A stretch of 64,000 bases of DNA from positions 1,117 to 65,116 of the forward strand of contig CAVVRF010000007.1 of NCBI GenBank assembly GCA_963750535.1, given 5' to 3'. Under the pieces are notes generated by a model. It was given only the letters and a program-made list of their open reading frames with translations. It was not told the DNA's origin and ran no database searches. Both the position numbers and the translations under genes were made by a program. Below, one piece after another: positions 36,143 to 49,497 of the stretch (the stretch's first letter is position 1; every line of letters begins with the position of its first letter). This stretch comes from an uncultured Alphaproteobacteria bacterium. Its GTDB lineage: Bacteria; Pseudomonadota; Alphaproteobacteria; Rhizobiales; Hyphomicrobiaceae.

Positions 36143-38395
36143 GTGATTCGCTCTTGTAATCCGGTGGTTAGCAGTTTGAACAGCCTGTTCGAAAATGATG
36201 CTGAAACGGGGGTGAGGCCGGCGACCGTGCCGGTGCTGCTGCCGGTCGCGCTCGACCAGACCTACGACTACCTGCTGCCGCCGGGGCTGGAGCTCGAGGC
36301 TGGCAGCTTCATCATCGTGCCGTTCGGGCCGCAGTCGCGCATCGGCGTGGTGTGGGACCGGGTGCTGGGCGAGAGCGACAAGCCGATCGCCCTCAAAAAG
36401 ATGAAGACGGTGGCCGACCGGCTCGACGTGCCGCCGCTGCCCGTCATCTCGATGCGGTTCGCCGAATGGATCTCGAAGTACACGCTGGCGCCGCTTGGCA
36501 TGGTGCTGCGCATGATGATGGGGGCGCAATCGGCGTTCGAGCCACTCAAGGCCCGTACCGGCGTGCGCCTCGCCGAGGGCGCGAGCCTGCCGCCGCGGAT
36601 GACGCCGGCGCGCCTCAAGGCGATGGAAGTGGCGCGCGACGGGCTGATCCGCGCCAAGTCGGCGCTTGCCGCCGAAGCAACCGTCTCGACCGGCGTGGTC
36701 GACGGCCTGGTGCAGGCGGGGCTGCTGGTCGAGGTGCAGATCCCCGAACGCGGCTATCGCATTCCCGATCCCGATCACGCCAAGCCGGCCTTCGGCGAGC
36801 ACCAGCTTTCAGCGGTCGAGACGCTGCGGTCGGCGGTCGATGGGCGCAATTTCTCGGTGTCGCTGCTCGATGGCGTCACCGGCTCGGGCAAGACCGAGGT
36901 CTATTTCGAGGCAGTGGCGCGCACCTTGTCGCAGGGCCGGCAAGTGGTGATCATGCTGCCGGAGATCGCGCTGACCAGCCAGTTCATGGATCGGTTCGAG
37001 CGCCGCTTCGGCTGCCCGCCGGTCGAATGGCACTCGGCACTATCCGGGCCGGAGCGCGGGCGAATCTGGCGGGCGGCGGCGACGGGGGCGGCGCGGGTGG
37101 TGGTCGGCGCCCGATCGGCGCTGTTCCTGCCCTATGAGGATCTCGGCCTGATCGTCGTCGACGAGGAGCACGACCCGGGGTTCAAGCAGGATGACCGGGT
37201 GCATTACCAGGCGCGCGACATGGCGGTGGTGCGCGGCAGCATTGGCAAGATCCCGGTGGTCCTGGCGAGCGCGACGCCGTCGATCGAGAGCCATGTCAAC
37301 GCGCGCACCGGGCGCTACCGGCACATTGTCCTGCCGGGTCGGTTCTCCGGCGTCGAGATGCCGGAGGTCTCGGCCATCGATCTGCGCCGCGATCCGCCGG
37401 AGCGTGGCCGCTGGCTGTCGCCGGTGCTGGTCGAGGCGATGAGGGAGGCGCGTGCCAGGGGTCAGCAGTCGCTGCTGTTCCTCAATCGCCGCGGCTATGC
37501 GCCGCTGACGCTTTGCCGCTCGTGCGGCCATCGGTTCGAGTGCCCGCAATGCACCGCCTGGCTGGTCGAGCACCGGTTCAAGAAGCGGCTGAACTGCCAC
37601 CACTGCGGATTCTCGCTGCCGCTGCCGGAGAAGTGCCCGAAGTGCGGCGAGCCGGACAGCCTCGTCGCCTGCGGGCCGGGTGTCGAGCGCATCGCGGAAG
37701 AGGTGGCGGAACGGTTTCCAGACGCGCGACTCGCGCTGCTGTCGAGCGACCTCATTCCGAGCCTCGTCGAGATGCGCGAGGTGATCAACCGTATCGAGCG
37801 CGGCGAGGCCGACATCATCATCGGCACCCAGATCGTGGCCAAAGGGCACAACTTCCCGGATTTGAACCTGGTCGGCATCGTCGACGGCGATCTCGGGCTG
37901 GGTCAGGCCGACCCGCGCGCCGCCGAGCGCACGTTCCAGCTGCTGCACCAGGTGACCGGCCGCGCCGGGCGGGCATTGGCGAAAGGCCGCGGCTTCGTGC
38001 AGACGCACATGCCCGAGCATCCGGTGATGGAGGCGATCATCTCGGGCGACCGGGATGCCTTCATCGAGCGCGAGATCAGGCAGCGGCAGCTCGGGTTGCT
38101 GCCGCCCTATGGCCGGCTCGCCGCGCTCATCGTCTCGGCGCGCGAGAAGGAGGTGGCCGAGCGGTTCGCGCGCGAGATTGCCCGGCGCGCGCCGCCGGCG
38201 GAACGGATCGAGCTGCTTGGGCCGGCGGAGGCGCCGATCTTCGTCGTTCGCGGTCGCCATCGCTGGCGCCTCCTGTTGAAGGCGCCGCGGGAGATCGATA
38301 TCCAGGCCTATCTGCGCGCGTGGCTCGAGGACATGCCCGAGCTGAAGGGGGACTTGCGCCTCAGCGTCGACATCGATCCCTACAGCTTTCTGTAA
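36143..38395 (+). CDS. priA: primosomal protein N' (replication restart helicase PriA)
   Basis: Helicase motifs [18 protein letters not shown], zinc-binding CxxC pairs ([17 protein letters not shown]...CHHCG...CPKCG), C-terminal domain. The start may be an internal GTG ([12 protein letters not shown]...). Confidence 0.9.
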   Translation: MIRSCNPVVSSLNSLFENDAETGVRPATVPVLLPVALDQTYDYLLPPGLELEAGSFIIVPFGPQSRIGVVWDRVLGESDKPIALKKMKTVADRLDVPPLPVISMRFAEWISKYTLAPLGMVLRMMMGAQSAFEPLKARTGVRLAEGASLPPRMTPARLKAMEVARDGLIRAKSALAAEATVSTGVVDGLVQAGLLVEVQIPERGYRIPDPDHAKPAFGEHQLSAVETLRSAVDGRNFSVSLLDGVTGSGKTEVYFEAVARTLSQGRQVVIMLPEIALTSQFMDRFERRFGCPPVEWHSALSGPERGRIWRAAATGAARVVVGARSALFLPYEDLGLIVVDEEHDPGFKQDDRVHYQARDMAVVRGSIGKIPVVLASATPSIESHVNARTGRYRHIVLPGRFSGVEMPEVSAIDLRRDPPERGRWLSPVLVEAMREARARGQQSLLFLNRRGYAPLTLCRSCGHRFECPQCTAWLVEHRFKKRLNCHHCGFSLPLPEKCPKCGEPDSLVACGPGVERIAEEVAERFPDARLALLSSDLIPSLVEMREVINRIERGEADIIIGTQIVAKGHNFPDLNLVGIVDGDLGLGQADPRAAERTFQLLHQVTGRAGRALAKGRGFVQTHMPEHPVMEAIISGDRDAFIEREIRQRQLGLLPPYGRLAALIVSAREKEVAERFAREIARRAPPAERIELLGPAEAPIFVVRGRHRWRLLLKAPREIDIQAYLRAWLEDMPELKGDLRLSVDIDPYSFL

Positions 38396-38401
38396 GTTTT
38401 C

Positions 38402-38719
38402 CTACCGCCAATAGCGGCGATGGCGGTAAATGGGCCGGTAGGCGTAAAAGCCGTACGACCGGTAGTACGGCCGGTATAGTCGATAGTACGGCCGGTAGTA
38501 GTACGGCCTGGCGTAATAGTATCTCGGGTAGTAATAGCGCGGCCGGTAGTATCGGTGCGCGATTACACTGCCAACCGCCAGTGCGCCAACTCCAAGCGCA
38601 ATTCCCGCCCCGTAGCCCCGCCAGCGGTACGCTTCCGCCGGCGTCGATGTGGCCATGACGCTCATCACTGTGGTCGCCATGGCGAGTGCGGCAATCTGCA
38701 GGGAACGTGCGATGCCCAT
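38402..38719 (-). CDS. small secreted protein: signal peptide, glycine-zipper segment, Tyr/Arg/Pro-rich repeat tail
   Basis: MGIARSLQIAALAMATTVMSVMATSTPAEA | GAGIALGVGALAVGSVIA | HRYYRPRYYYPRYYYARPYYYRPYYRLYRPYYRSYGFYAYRPIYRHRRYWR. Assigned to no family I can name. Confidence 0.5.
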   Translation of the reverse strand: MGIARSLQIAALAMATTVMSVMATSTPAEAYRWRGYGAGIALGVGALAVGSVIAHRYYRPRYYYPRYYYARPYYYRPYYRLYRPYYRSYGFYAYRPIYRHRRYWR

Positions 38720-38931
38720 TTCCCAACTCCATTGCAGGCGTTGATCACCATTCGAGTCGCTGGAGTGAACGCCTCCCGCCGGCAGCTCCAGTTCGTCATC
38801 AGCCGTATATCATAAACGTCCCCGGGGGCAGTTTGTTCCTGGTCAAGTGCTGGTGCACAAATGAAAAAAAGCCTGGCGCGGACGTATGTCCGGCCAGGCT
38901 TCCTTGCTCCGGCTTCTTGTCGTGCCCCGCA

Positions 38932-39219
38932 TCAGCGGCCGGAGTTTTGGTATTCGGGAGCGCGGTTCACGTGCGGCGCGGGATGGCTGTAGCGATGTCG
39001 CGGCGGCTCGTGCCGCACCTCGCGATATCGGTCGCGGTGCGACTTCTGCGCCAGGACGCTGCCGAGGATCAGCGCGCCGACGCCGATCGCGACCACGGCG
39101 CCGATCTCGCCGTCCGAGCGCCGCCGTTCGTTGGCGTTGGCAGGCGTGCCAACGGCGACTGCGATGACCGCGGCGGCTGCCGCCGACACGACTAGGCGCG
39201 ACTGTTTGGAGGCGGTCAT
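38932..39219 (-). CDS. small secreted protein, paralog-like to the 38402-38719 gene (signal peptide, glycine zipper, Arg/His-rich tail)
   Basis: MTASKQSRLVVSAAAAAVIAVAVGTPANA...GAVVAIGVGALILGSVLAQKSHRDRYREVRHEPPRHRYSHPAPHVNRAPEYQNSGR. The order of parts and the GVGAL.GSV core are shared with the neighbouring gene. Confidence 0.5.
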   Translation of the reverse strand: MTASKQSRLVVSAAAAAVIAVAVGTPANANERRRSDGEIGAVVAIGVGALILGSVLAQKSHRDRYREVRHEPPRHRYSHPAPHVNRAPEYQNSGR

Positions 39220-39597
39220 GGTGTCCTCTCCGATTGATCGGTCGCTACGGCGGCCTTGGCGCCGGCACCGGCGTCCATCGGCCAACGATTAGGCCGCGGA
39301 GGTTGAATTCAACTTGAACGCGGCATGCAGCTAACGTTCATGTTCGGCCGTCACCGGCGTGCGGACCCCCTTCTAAATGCGGCATCGCGTACGCGCGCAT
39401 GCCTGTTGAAGGGGCGTTCGACCCATGCTAAGGCGAGCGCAACTTGATGAAGGGGCCGGGTGGTGCAATTGGCGCCGTCCGACCGATTTTTGTTGAGCTT
39501 GGGCCAAGCGCGGGCAACCGCCGCAATTGACCGTCCCACCCGAAAAAGCCTGAATCCAGACCTCACGAGAGCGTTCGAAGTGGCGAATGATGACCCG

Positions 39598-40140
39598 ATG
39601 ATGGCGAGTGTAGCGGGGCGCTACGCGTCTGCGCTGTACGATCTCGCGACCGAGCAGAATCAGGTGAAGCCCGTCGAGCAGGCCATGAAGCAGCTGCAGT
39701 CGCTGCTTGATACAAGCAGCGATCTGCTCAGCATGGTTCGCAGCCCGGTGATCTCGGCGGACGAGCAGGGTCAGGGCACTCGCCGCGGTGATGGAGAAAG
39801 CCGGCATCGGCGGGCTTGCGGCGAATTTCGTCAAGCTGATCGCCAAGAACCGGCGCTTGTTCGCGCTGCCGGACATGATCAAGAATTATCACACGCTGGT
39901 CGCGCGCGGTCGCGGCGAGACTGAGGCCGAGGTGATCTCGGCCGTCGCGCTCGACGACGCGCAGCTGCAGCACCTCAAGGACACGTTGAAGGCGTCGGTC
40001 GGCAAGGATGTCTCGGTGACGTCCCGCGTCGACCAGGGCCTGCTCGGCGGCCTGATCGTCAAGGTCGGCAGCCGCATGATCGATAGCTCGCTTCGCACGA
40101 AGCTCAATAATCTCAAGATCGCCATGAAAGAGGTTGGCTG

Positions 40141-40141
<1 letters not shown>
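39598..40141 (+). pseudogene. atpH: F0F1 ATP synthase subunit delta (atpH) with apparent +1 frameshift in a G-run at ~39766-39770
   Basis: Frame A gives MMASVAGRYASALYDLATEQNQVKPVEQAMKQLQSLLDTSSDLLSMVRSPVISADEQ. The +1 frame continues ...RALAAVMEKAGIGGLAANFVKLIAKNRRLFALPDMIKNYHTLVARGRGETEAEV...IAMKEVG. Removing one G from cagGGtcaGGG joins them into the expected delta subunit. Confidence 0.75.
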
Positions 40142-41670
<1,529 letters not shown>

Positions 41671-41778
41671 CACAAGCAGGTCGGGTTGGCGCCCGTCTTG
41701 GCGCATAACCCGGCCCAATCGGCTCGGATCATATCGGGTTGAGGCCTGCCGGCCTGGCCCCGCCTACGGGATAGATCG

Positions 41779-42666
41779 ATGGCTTCACTGAAAGACATGC
41801 GCAACCGCATCGCCTCGGTCAAGGCGACGCGCAAGATCACCAAGGCGATGCAGATGGTTGCTGCCGCCAAGCTGCGCCGCGCACAGGACGCCGCAACCGC
41901 GGCCCGCCCCTATGCCGAGCGCATGAACCGCATGCTGGCGAACCTCAACGCGCGCATGACCAACAAGGACGGCGCCTCGCCGCTGCTGGTCGGGACGGGT
42001 AGCGACAAGGTCCACCTGTTCGTGGTGATGACGGCTGAGCGCGGCCTGTGCGGCGGCTTCAACGGCAATATCGCCAAGCTCGCGCGCGCCGACGCGCAGC
42101 GGCTTTTCCGCGACGGCAAGACGGTGAAGTTCCTGATGGTTGGCAAGAAGGGCGCCGACGCGCTCCGCCGCGAGTTCGGCCGCCAGATCATCGACCGGAT
42201 CGATCTCAAGTCTGTGAAGACGCTGGGGTTCACCAATGCCGAGGACATCTCGGGCAAAATCCTGAAGATGTTCGACGCCAAGGAATTCGACGTTTGCACA
42301 ATCTATTTTTCCGAGTTCAAGTCGGTGATCACGCAGAAGCCGACGGCGCTGCAGGTGATTCCGGCCCAGGTGCCTGAGGACAAGGCCGGCGCGAAGGATG
42401 CCAAGGCTGTCGCAGTCAACGAATACGAGCCGTCAGAGGAAGAGATCCTCGGTGTGCTATTGACCCGCAACATTTCGACCCAGGTGTTCCGGGGCCTGCT
42501 CGAGAATGCCGCGTCCGAGCAGGGCGCACGCATGAGCGCCATGGACAACGCCACGCGCAATGCCGGCGACATGATCAACAAGCTGACGATCAAGTACAAC
42601 CGCCTGCGTCAGGCAAACATCACCAAAGAGCTCATCGAAATCATCTCCGGCGCGGAAGCGCTCTAA
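41779..42666 (+). CDS. atpG: F0F1 ATP synthase subunit gamma
   Basis: [37 protein letters not shown]-terminus and conserved C-terminal helix. Length 295 aa. Confidence 0.95.
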   Translation: MASLKDMRNRIASVKATRKITKAMQMVAAAKLRRAQDAATAARPYAERMNRMLANLNARMTNKDGASPLLVGTGSDKVHLFVVMTAERGLCGGFNGNIAKLARADAQRLFRDGKTVKFLMVGKKGADALRREFGRQIIDRIDLKSVKTLGFTNAEDISGKILKMFDAKEFDVCTIYFSEFKSVITQKPTALQVIPAQVPEDKAGAKDAKAVAVNEYEPSEEEILGVLLTRNISTQVFRGLLENAASEQGARMSAMDNATRNAGDMINKLTIKYNRLRQANITKELIEIISGAEAL

Positions 42667-44133
<1,467 letters not shown>

Positions 44134-44180
44134 CGAGCCGGCGCTCTGCCGGCTGGCGGACGCGGTTGGGGGCCTGAGCC

Positions 44181-44453
44181 ATGGCTGATGACGAATTGAC
44201 GGCGGCAGCATCGAAATTCGGCGGCTGCTGCACCGAGCTTAAGGAAGCGATGGCGGGGGAGGATTTCGATCCCCTGATCACCGAGGGTGACGACGGCGTC
44301 CTCTATATGGCGGTCGGGCTGATCGACCTCGAGGAGGATGAGCCGGGCCTCGTCGATCACCCGCTGTTCTTCTGCCCGTTTTGCGGCACCAAGCTGCAGA
44401 CGGCCGAGGAGGTCAAGGCGAAGGTCGGCAGCGATGCCGGCACGGCGAGCTGA
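44181..44453 (+). CDS. small conserved-looking hypothetical protein inside the atp operon (acidic, C-terminal CPFCG zinc-ribbon-like motif)
   Basis: 90-aa ORF MADDELTAAASKFGGCCTELKEAMAGEDFDPLITEGDDGVLYMAVGLIDLEEDEPGLVDHPLFFCPFCGTKLQTAEEVKAKV, lying between atpD and atpC on the same strand. Confidence 0.4.
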   Translation: MADDELTAAASKFGGCCTELKEAMAGEDFDPLITEGDDGVLYMAVGLIDLEEDEPGLVDHPLFFCPFCGTKLQTAEEVKAKVGSDAGTAS

Positions 44454-44488
44454 AGTTTCCGAACGACCAAGACGAAAGACTTCGATCC

Positions 44489-44893
44489 ATGGCAGGCACA
44501 TTCAAGTTCGAGCTGGTATCGCCGGAGCGCGTGCTCTTGTCGGCCGATGCCGAGCAGGCGATCCTGCCCGGCGCCGACGGGGTGTTCACCGTGCTTGCCG
44601 GGCACGCACCGGTAGTGACGACCTTGCTGCCTGGCGTTGCGCGCATCACGTTTGCCGGTGGCATCAAGCGCATCTTCGTCAACGGCGGCTTCGCCGAGGT
44701 CGGCCCCGACAATGTCACTGTGCTCGCCGAGCGCGCGTTCATCACCGACGACGTCGATCCGCGGCAGATCGAGAGCGAGCTCGAATTGGCGCAGACGGCA
44801 TTGAACGGCGGTCTCAGCGACGATGCGCGCCTGCATATCACCCGCGCCATCGACGAGCTGCGTACCCTGGTTGGCAACAAGGTAACGCCTTGA
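44489..44893 (+). CDS. atpC: F0F1 ATP synthase subunit epsilon
   Basis: MAGTFKFELVSPERVLLSADAEQAILPGADGVFTVLAGHAPVVTTL, the epsilon beta-sandwich, plus the C-terminal helices. Length 134 aa. Confidence 0.9.
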   Translation: MAGTFKFELVSPERVLLSADAEQAILPGADGVFTVLAGHAPVVTTLLPGVARITFAGGIKRIFVNGGFAEVGPDNVTVLAERAFITDDVDPRQIESELELAQTALNGGLSDDARLHITRAIDELRTLVGNKVTP

Positions 44894-44968
44894 CCTGAAG
44901 GCCGGGTGTCGTTCGTGCTGCTGGATCGATGGCCGCCCGTTCGGCGGCGCGCGGCAGAACTGCCCGCC

Positions 44969-45496
44969 TCAGCCGACCAGATGCCGGAATTCGCGCACCA
45001 CGGTCAGGTACGTCTCCCGCTTGAACGGGACGATCAGCGTCGGCAGGCTCGCGATGTCGACCCACTTCCAGGCATCGAACTCGCGCTTCTGGCCCCTGCA
45101 GCCGGAGATATCGATCTCCCGGTCGACACCCGTGAACCGCATCGCGAACCAGCGCTGCCTCTGGCCGCGGAACCGGCCCTTCAGGGCCACCCCGAGCAGA
45201 TTGTCAGGCAGCTCATAAGTCAGCCAGTCCGGGATCGCGCCAATGATGTGGGCGTTGCGAACTCCGGTCTCCTCCTCGAGCTCGCGCAGCGCAGCATGCT
45301 CGGGCGGCTCGCCGGGATCGATCCCGCCTTGCGGCATCTGCCAGATCGGCATCGCCTTCTGGCTCAGCCACTTGGGCGAGCGGCGACCGACCCAGACCCG
45401 GCCCCGATCGTTGATCAACATGATGCCGACGCAGGGCCGATAGGGCAGTGCATCTGCAAGCGTTTGGGACGTGCGCGCCACAGCGGTATTGACCAT
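44969..45496 (-). CDS. rppH: NUDIX hydrolase, RNA pyrophosphohydrolase (RppH) family
   Basis: LPYRPCVGIMLINDRGRVWVGRR and Nudix box GGIDPGEPPEHAALRELEEETGV, plus the RppH C-terminal REFDAWKWV...VPFKRETY. Confidence 0.8.
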   Translation of the reverse strand: MVNTAVARTSQTLADALPYRPCVGIMLINDRGRVWVGRRSPKWLSQKAMPIWQMPQGGIDPGEPPEHAALRELEEETGVRNAHIIGAIPDWLTYELPDNLLGVALKGRFRGQRQRWFAMRFTGVDREIDISGCRGQKREFDAWKWVDIASLPTLIVPFKRETYLTVVREFRHLVG

Positions 45497-45614
45497 CAAC
45501 TGTTTGAAATCCCCCGTTTGTGACAAAGCATATGATGATTCCACCACGACTTTATGACGCCGGAGTGATCAATTTGAACTATTGCGCACGCGCCGGCGCC
45601 ATGGCCGGGAGGCT

Positions 45615-46121
45615 TCAGGCGCCTGCGCCGGCAAGGTGAGAGAATTCGGCGAGCACCTTGACGTAGACCTCGCGCTTGAATGGCACGATGAGGTCGGGAA
45701 GGTCGGCCATCCTGGCCCAACGCCAGGCGACAAATTCGGCTGGATGGCCGCCAACCGGCGCGATGTCGATCTCGGCCTCGTCGCCCTCGAAGCGCACCGC
45801 AAACCATTTCTGCCGTTGGCCACGGTAGCGCCCGCCCCACGCCTTGCCGATCAACTCCGGCGGCAGGTCGTAGGTCAGCCAATCCCGGCTTTCGGCGAGC
45901 GGGGTTACGGTGCGCATCCCCGTTTCCTCGCGCAGCTCGCGCAACGCCGCCTTCGCCGGGTCCTCGCCGTCGTCGATCCCGCCTTGCGGCATCTGCCACC
46001 ACGTGCCGGGGCCCTCGGGGTCGGTCGGGGCGTCGTTCCGCCGGCCGACCCAGACGAGGCCCAGCGGATTGAGCACCATGATGCCGACATTTAGCCGGTA
46101 GCCGAGTTTTGACGGATCCAT
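45615..46121 (-). CDS. NUDIX hydrolase, second RppH-like paralog in tandem
   Basis: [28 protein letters not shown], Nudix box [23 protein letters not shown], and [26 protein letters not shown]. About 50% identical to the neighbouring gene by eye. Confidence 0.8.
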   Translation of the reverse strand: MDPSKLGYRLNVGIMVLNPLGLVWVGRRNDAPTDPEGPGTWWQMPQGGIDDGEDPAKAALRELREETGMRTVTPLAESRDWLTYDLPPELIGKAWGGRYRGQRQKWFAVRFEGDEAEIDIAPVGGHPAEFVAWRWARMADLPDLIVPFKREVYVKVLAEFSHLAGAGA

Positions 46122-46236
46122 GGCTTGTTGCCTTTCTCGTTCTGGCAGCGGGCCTGAAATGGCTTGGGCGCCCGGTGGGGCGCCCAAGGCTGCTGCTTTG
46201 GCCGGCGAGCCGCGTGCGTGCGGCGGCCGTGCCGGG

Positions 46237-47574
46237 TCAGTTAGGCTTCTTTTCTGGCTGCGGCGCCGCCGGCACCTGCGCCGTGTCGCCGCCGTCGCGC
46301 AGCATCGTCAGCGCGTACTGCAGCTGGGTATCCTTCTCCGGCTCGCGCGGCACATAGGCGGACGAGCCCGACTGCTCCTTCTCCTTCGGATCGTTCTTGA
46401 GATGGCCGCGCAGGCTCGATTCGCCACGCGGCTTCTCCTTGCCCTTCAAGTCGTCCGGCAGCTCCTGCTCGACGATGACGTCGGGCTCGATGCCCTTGGC
46501 CTGGATCGAACGGCCGGACGGCGTGTAGTAGCGGGCGGTAGTGAGGCGCAGCGCGCCGTTGGCGCCGAGCGGAATGATCGTCTGCACCGAGCCCTTGCCG
46601 AACGAGCGGGTGCCGATCACCGTCGCCCGCTTGTGATCCTGCAGCGCGCCGGCGACGATCTCGGAGGCCGAAGCCGAGCCGCCGTTGATCAGCACGACGA
46701 CCTTCTTGCCTTCGGTGATGTCGCCCGGACGCGCCTGGCTACGCTGCGTTTCTTCCAGATTGCGGCCCTTGGTGAGGACGATCGCGCCCTTCTCGAGGAA
46801 GTCGTCGGACACCGCCACCGCCTGGTCGAGCAGCCCGCCCGGATTGTTGCGCAGGTCGATGACGTAGCCCTTGATCTTCTTCGTGGTCTGCTTCTTCAGT
46901 GCGTCGATCTGCTTGACCAGATTGGCGTGCGTCTGCTCGTTGAAGGTCGAGACCTTGGCGTAGATCACCTCGCCGTCCGCCTCGAGCCGCGACTTGACGG
47001 CGTTGATGCGGATCACGTCGCGCGTCACCTTGATCTCGAACGGCTCATCGCGGCCCTTGCGCACGATGGTGAGGGTGATCGGCGTGTTGACCGGTCCGCG
47101 CATCTTCTCGACCGCCTGCTCCAGGGTCAGCCCGACGATCTGCTCGTTGTCGAGATGGGTGATCAGGTCGTTGGCCTGGACGCCAGCCTTGTGCGCCGGA
47201 GTGTCGTCGATCGGCGAGACGACCTTGACGACGCCGTTCTCCATCGTCACCTCGATGCCGAGGCCGCCGAACTCGCCGCGGGTCTGCACCTGCATGTCGC
47301 GGAAGTGCTTGGGCGACAGGTAAGCCGAATGCGGATCGAGCGCCGCCAGCATGCCGTTGATGGCATTCTCGACCAGCGAGGCATCGTCCGGCTTCTCGAC
47401 ATAGTCGGAGCGGACCCGCTCCAGCACGTCGCCGAACAGGTCGAGCTGGCGGTAGATCTCGGAGTTCGGGGTCGTCGCGGAGTAGGTGCGGCTGACATTG
47501 AACACGGTCGTCACGCCGGCGAGACCCGCCATCAGCATGAACGACCAGAATGCGAAGTCGGATTTGCGCGTCAT
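46237..47574 (-). CDS. ctpA: S41 family C-terminal processing peptidase (CtpA)
   Basis: PDZ domain followed by the S41 catalytic block (GVVLTKGRN...[15 protein letters not shown]...RSFGKGSVQ). The start ATG overlaps the stop of the upstream M23 gene (ATGA). Confidence 0.85.
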   Translation of the reverse strand: MTRKSDFAFWSFMLMAGLAGVTTVFNVSRTYSATTPNSEIYRQLDLFGDVLERVRSDYVEKPDDASLVENAINGMLAALDPHSAYLSPKHFRDMQVQTRGEFGGLGIEVTMENGVVKVVSPIDDTPAHKAGVQANDLITHLDNEQIVGLTLEQAVEKMRGPVNTPITLTIVRKGRDEPFEIKVTRDVIRINAVKSRLEADGEVIYAKVSTFNEQTHANLVKQIDALKKQTTKKIKGYVIDLRNNPGGLLDQAVAVSDDFLEKGAIVLTKGRNLEETQRSQARPGDITEGKKVVVLINGGSASASEIVAGALQDHKRATVIGTRSFGKGSVQTIIPLGANGALRLTTARYYTPSGRSIQAKGIEPDVIVEQELPDDLKGKEKPRGESSLRGHLKNDPKEKEQSGSSAYVPREPEKDTQLQYALTMLRDGGDTAQVPAAPQPEKKPN

Positions 47575-49031
47575 CCTTGCACCTTTTTTGAACCTTCCGC
47601 CCACCAGGGCTCGGGATCCACAGGACGCCCCTCCTTGCGGAACTCTACATACAGGACGGGGGCATTGTCCTGCGCTTTGCCTTTAGGAGCAGCACTCATT
47701 GTGCCGACTGGCTCGCCGGCCAACACGAACTGGCCGAGCTGCACGTCGATCTGCGACAAACCGGCAAGTACAACATGGTAGCCATTGCCGCCATTAATGA
47801 TCAAGAGCTGGCCATAGGAACGAAACTCGCTGGCGTACAACACCCAGCCATCACAAGGCGCCGTAATCTGGGCGTTGTGGCGGGTCTCGATCACCATGCC
47901 CTTGGAACTGCCGCCCGACGGCATCCGCTCGCCGAACGAGATCACCCGCTTTCCCTGGGCCGGCAGCGGCAGATGGCCCTTCGCGAGATGGAACGGCGTC
48001 GCCGGCATCAGGCGGCTCTGATTGCTCGACTGCGAACCACCTTGCGGGGCGAGCTCGATCGTCGGATTGGTGGCTTTCGGCAGCGCGGCGACGACGACCG
48101 GCTGCTGCGTCTTGGCCGCCGGCGGCGTCGGATCTGCCGGTACCGCCTGCGGCGCCGAGATCACGACCGCCACGGTCGGGCCGGCTGGCGCCGCGGACTG
48201 GGCCGGCGCGGGCACCGCGACCGCTGTCGGTGCGGCGGCCGTCTGCTTTTCGTAGGCGCCAAGGCTGGTGTTTTCGGCCACCGTCCGGTCGAGTCTGGTG
48301 ATCAGCTCGGACAGATCGGTGACATTCTTTGAGATCTCGGCCGCCGCCTTGCGGACTTCATCGAGCTGCTCTCGCCGCTCGGACAGCGACTGTCGCCTGG
48401 TCTCCATCAGGCTTGCGAGGCGCAGCTGGGCATCCTTGAGCCGCGCGGTCTCGGTTTCGAGCTTGTCGCGTTCCTTCTTGATGTCGCCCATGACCCTGGC
48501 GAGATCGCCAAGGCGTCCGGCAAGCTCCTCGGCCTGGGTTCGCAGCTCTGGAAACGCGCGGGCGAGCAGCATCGCGCTGCGCACCATCTGCAGGGCATCC
48601 TCGCGCTTGGTGATGATAACCGGCGGCGGATTGCGTCCCATTCGCTGCATCGCCAGCAGCAGGCTGGAAATCTGCCCGTGGCGCTGCGCGAGCGAGCCCT
48701 GCAGCAGCTTCTGCTGGCTCTCGAGCTCGTCGCGGCGGGCTTCGATCGCGGTCATCTGGCCTTCGGAGCGCTGGATCAGCCGCGCGGTTTCCTGCAACTG
48801 GACGTTGAGGCGAGCGCGATCGGCATCGATATGGGCAACATCGGCCTGCAGCAGCTTGGCGCGGTTCTCGGCGGCTTCGAGCCGTTCGCGGTTCGCCTTC
48901 AGCGCGGCGGCCGGATCCTGCGCCAGCGCTGGCGCGACGAGCAGCAGGGCGGCGAACGCAGCTATCCCGGCGCGATCCGCGCGACGCGGTCTCGACAACC
49001 ATTGGGGATGACCGCTTGCGCTGCTCGGCAT
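47571..49031 (-). CDS. M23 family peptidase / murein hydrolase activator (EnvC-like): coiled-coil plus C-terminal LytM domain
   Basis: Long coiled-coil (QLRLASLMETRRQSLSERREQLDEVRKAAAEI...) and C-terminal LytM fold (GMVIETRHNAQITAPCDGWVLYASEFRSYGQLLIINGGNGYHVVLAGL). Operonic with ctpA. Confidence 0.8.
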   Translation of the reverse strand: MPSSASGHPQWLSRPRRADRAGIAAFAALLLVAPALAQDPAAALKANRERLEAAENRAKLLQADVAHIDADRARLNVQLQETARLIQRSEGQMTAIEARRDELESQQKLLQGSLAQRHGQISSLLLAMQRMGRNPPPVIITKREDALQMVRSAMLLARAFPELRTQAEELAGRLGDLARVMGDIKKERDKLETETARLKDAQLRLASLMETRRQSLSERREQLDEVRKAAAEISKNVTDLSELITRLDRTVAENTSLGAYEKQTAAAPTAVAVPAPAQSAAPAGPTVAVVISAPQAVPADPTPPAAKTQQPVVVAALPKATNPTIELAPQGGSQSSNQSRLMPATPFHLAKGHLPLPAQGKRVISFGERMPSGGSSKGMVIETRHNAQITAPCDGWVLYASEFRSYGQLLIINGGNGYHVVLAGLSQIDVQLGQFVLAGEPVGTMSAAPKGKAQDNAPVLYVEFRKEGRPVDPEPWWAEGSKKVQG

Positions 49032-49292
49032 ATCCGGGGCGTGACCCACCACATGAATCGGTACGAATCGGTGCTTGCAGTGGCCCGGCCGCTGGCAGCC
49101 CGAGACCAATGATTCTCCAACAATGCCAGGATTACGGCAATTGTTTTGCAGTGCAACTCACAAAGCCGCGTTAGAGGCGCGATCTGGCCCGCAATCGCGC
49201 GAGGCGGATGCGGCTGGCGGTCAACCGGCTGTTTGCACCGCGCCCGGACAGGCTCTAAGACCGCCGAAATCTCATTGGAGACTGGAATCCGC

Positions 49293-49481
49293 ATGTCTGT
49301 CGTGTTTTATCACCTTACGACGATTGCCACGCTGGCGGTGCTGGTCGTTCTACTGTTCGGCCTGCGCACGATGATGAAGGGCGACAACCCCAATCTCAGC
49401 CAGAAGCTCATGCGGTGGCGCGTTTTGCTGCAGTTCGTGGCGATCATCGTTATCATGCTGGCGGTCTACTTCCGGCGCTAA
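49293..49481 (+). CDS. twin-transmembrane-helix small protein (HIG1-like)
   Basis: 62 aa with two TM helices, MSVVFYHLTTIATLAVLVVLLFGLRTMMKGDNPNLSQKLMRWRVLLQFVAIIVIMLAVYFRR. Confidence 0.5.
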   Translation: MSVVFYHLTTIATLAVLVVLLFGLRTMMKGDNPNLSQKLMRWRVLLQFVAIIVIMLAVYFRR

Positions 49482-49497
49482 TCGACATGGAGCGGCC

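Noticed and set aside
35170-36802. Long ORFs 35170-36129(+) and 35678-36802(-) overlapping transaldolase and priA
   Set aside because: They are antisense or out of frame relative to strongly supported transaldolase (35428-36081, minus) and priA (36143-38395, plus), and their composition is typical of GC-rich spurious ORFs.
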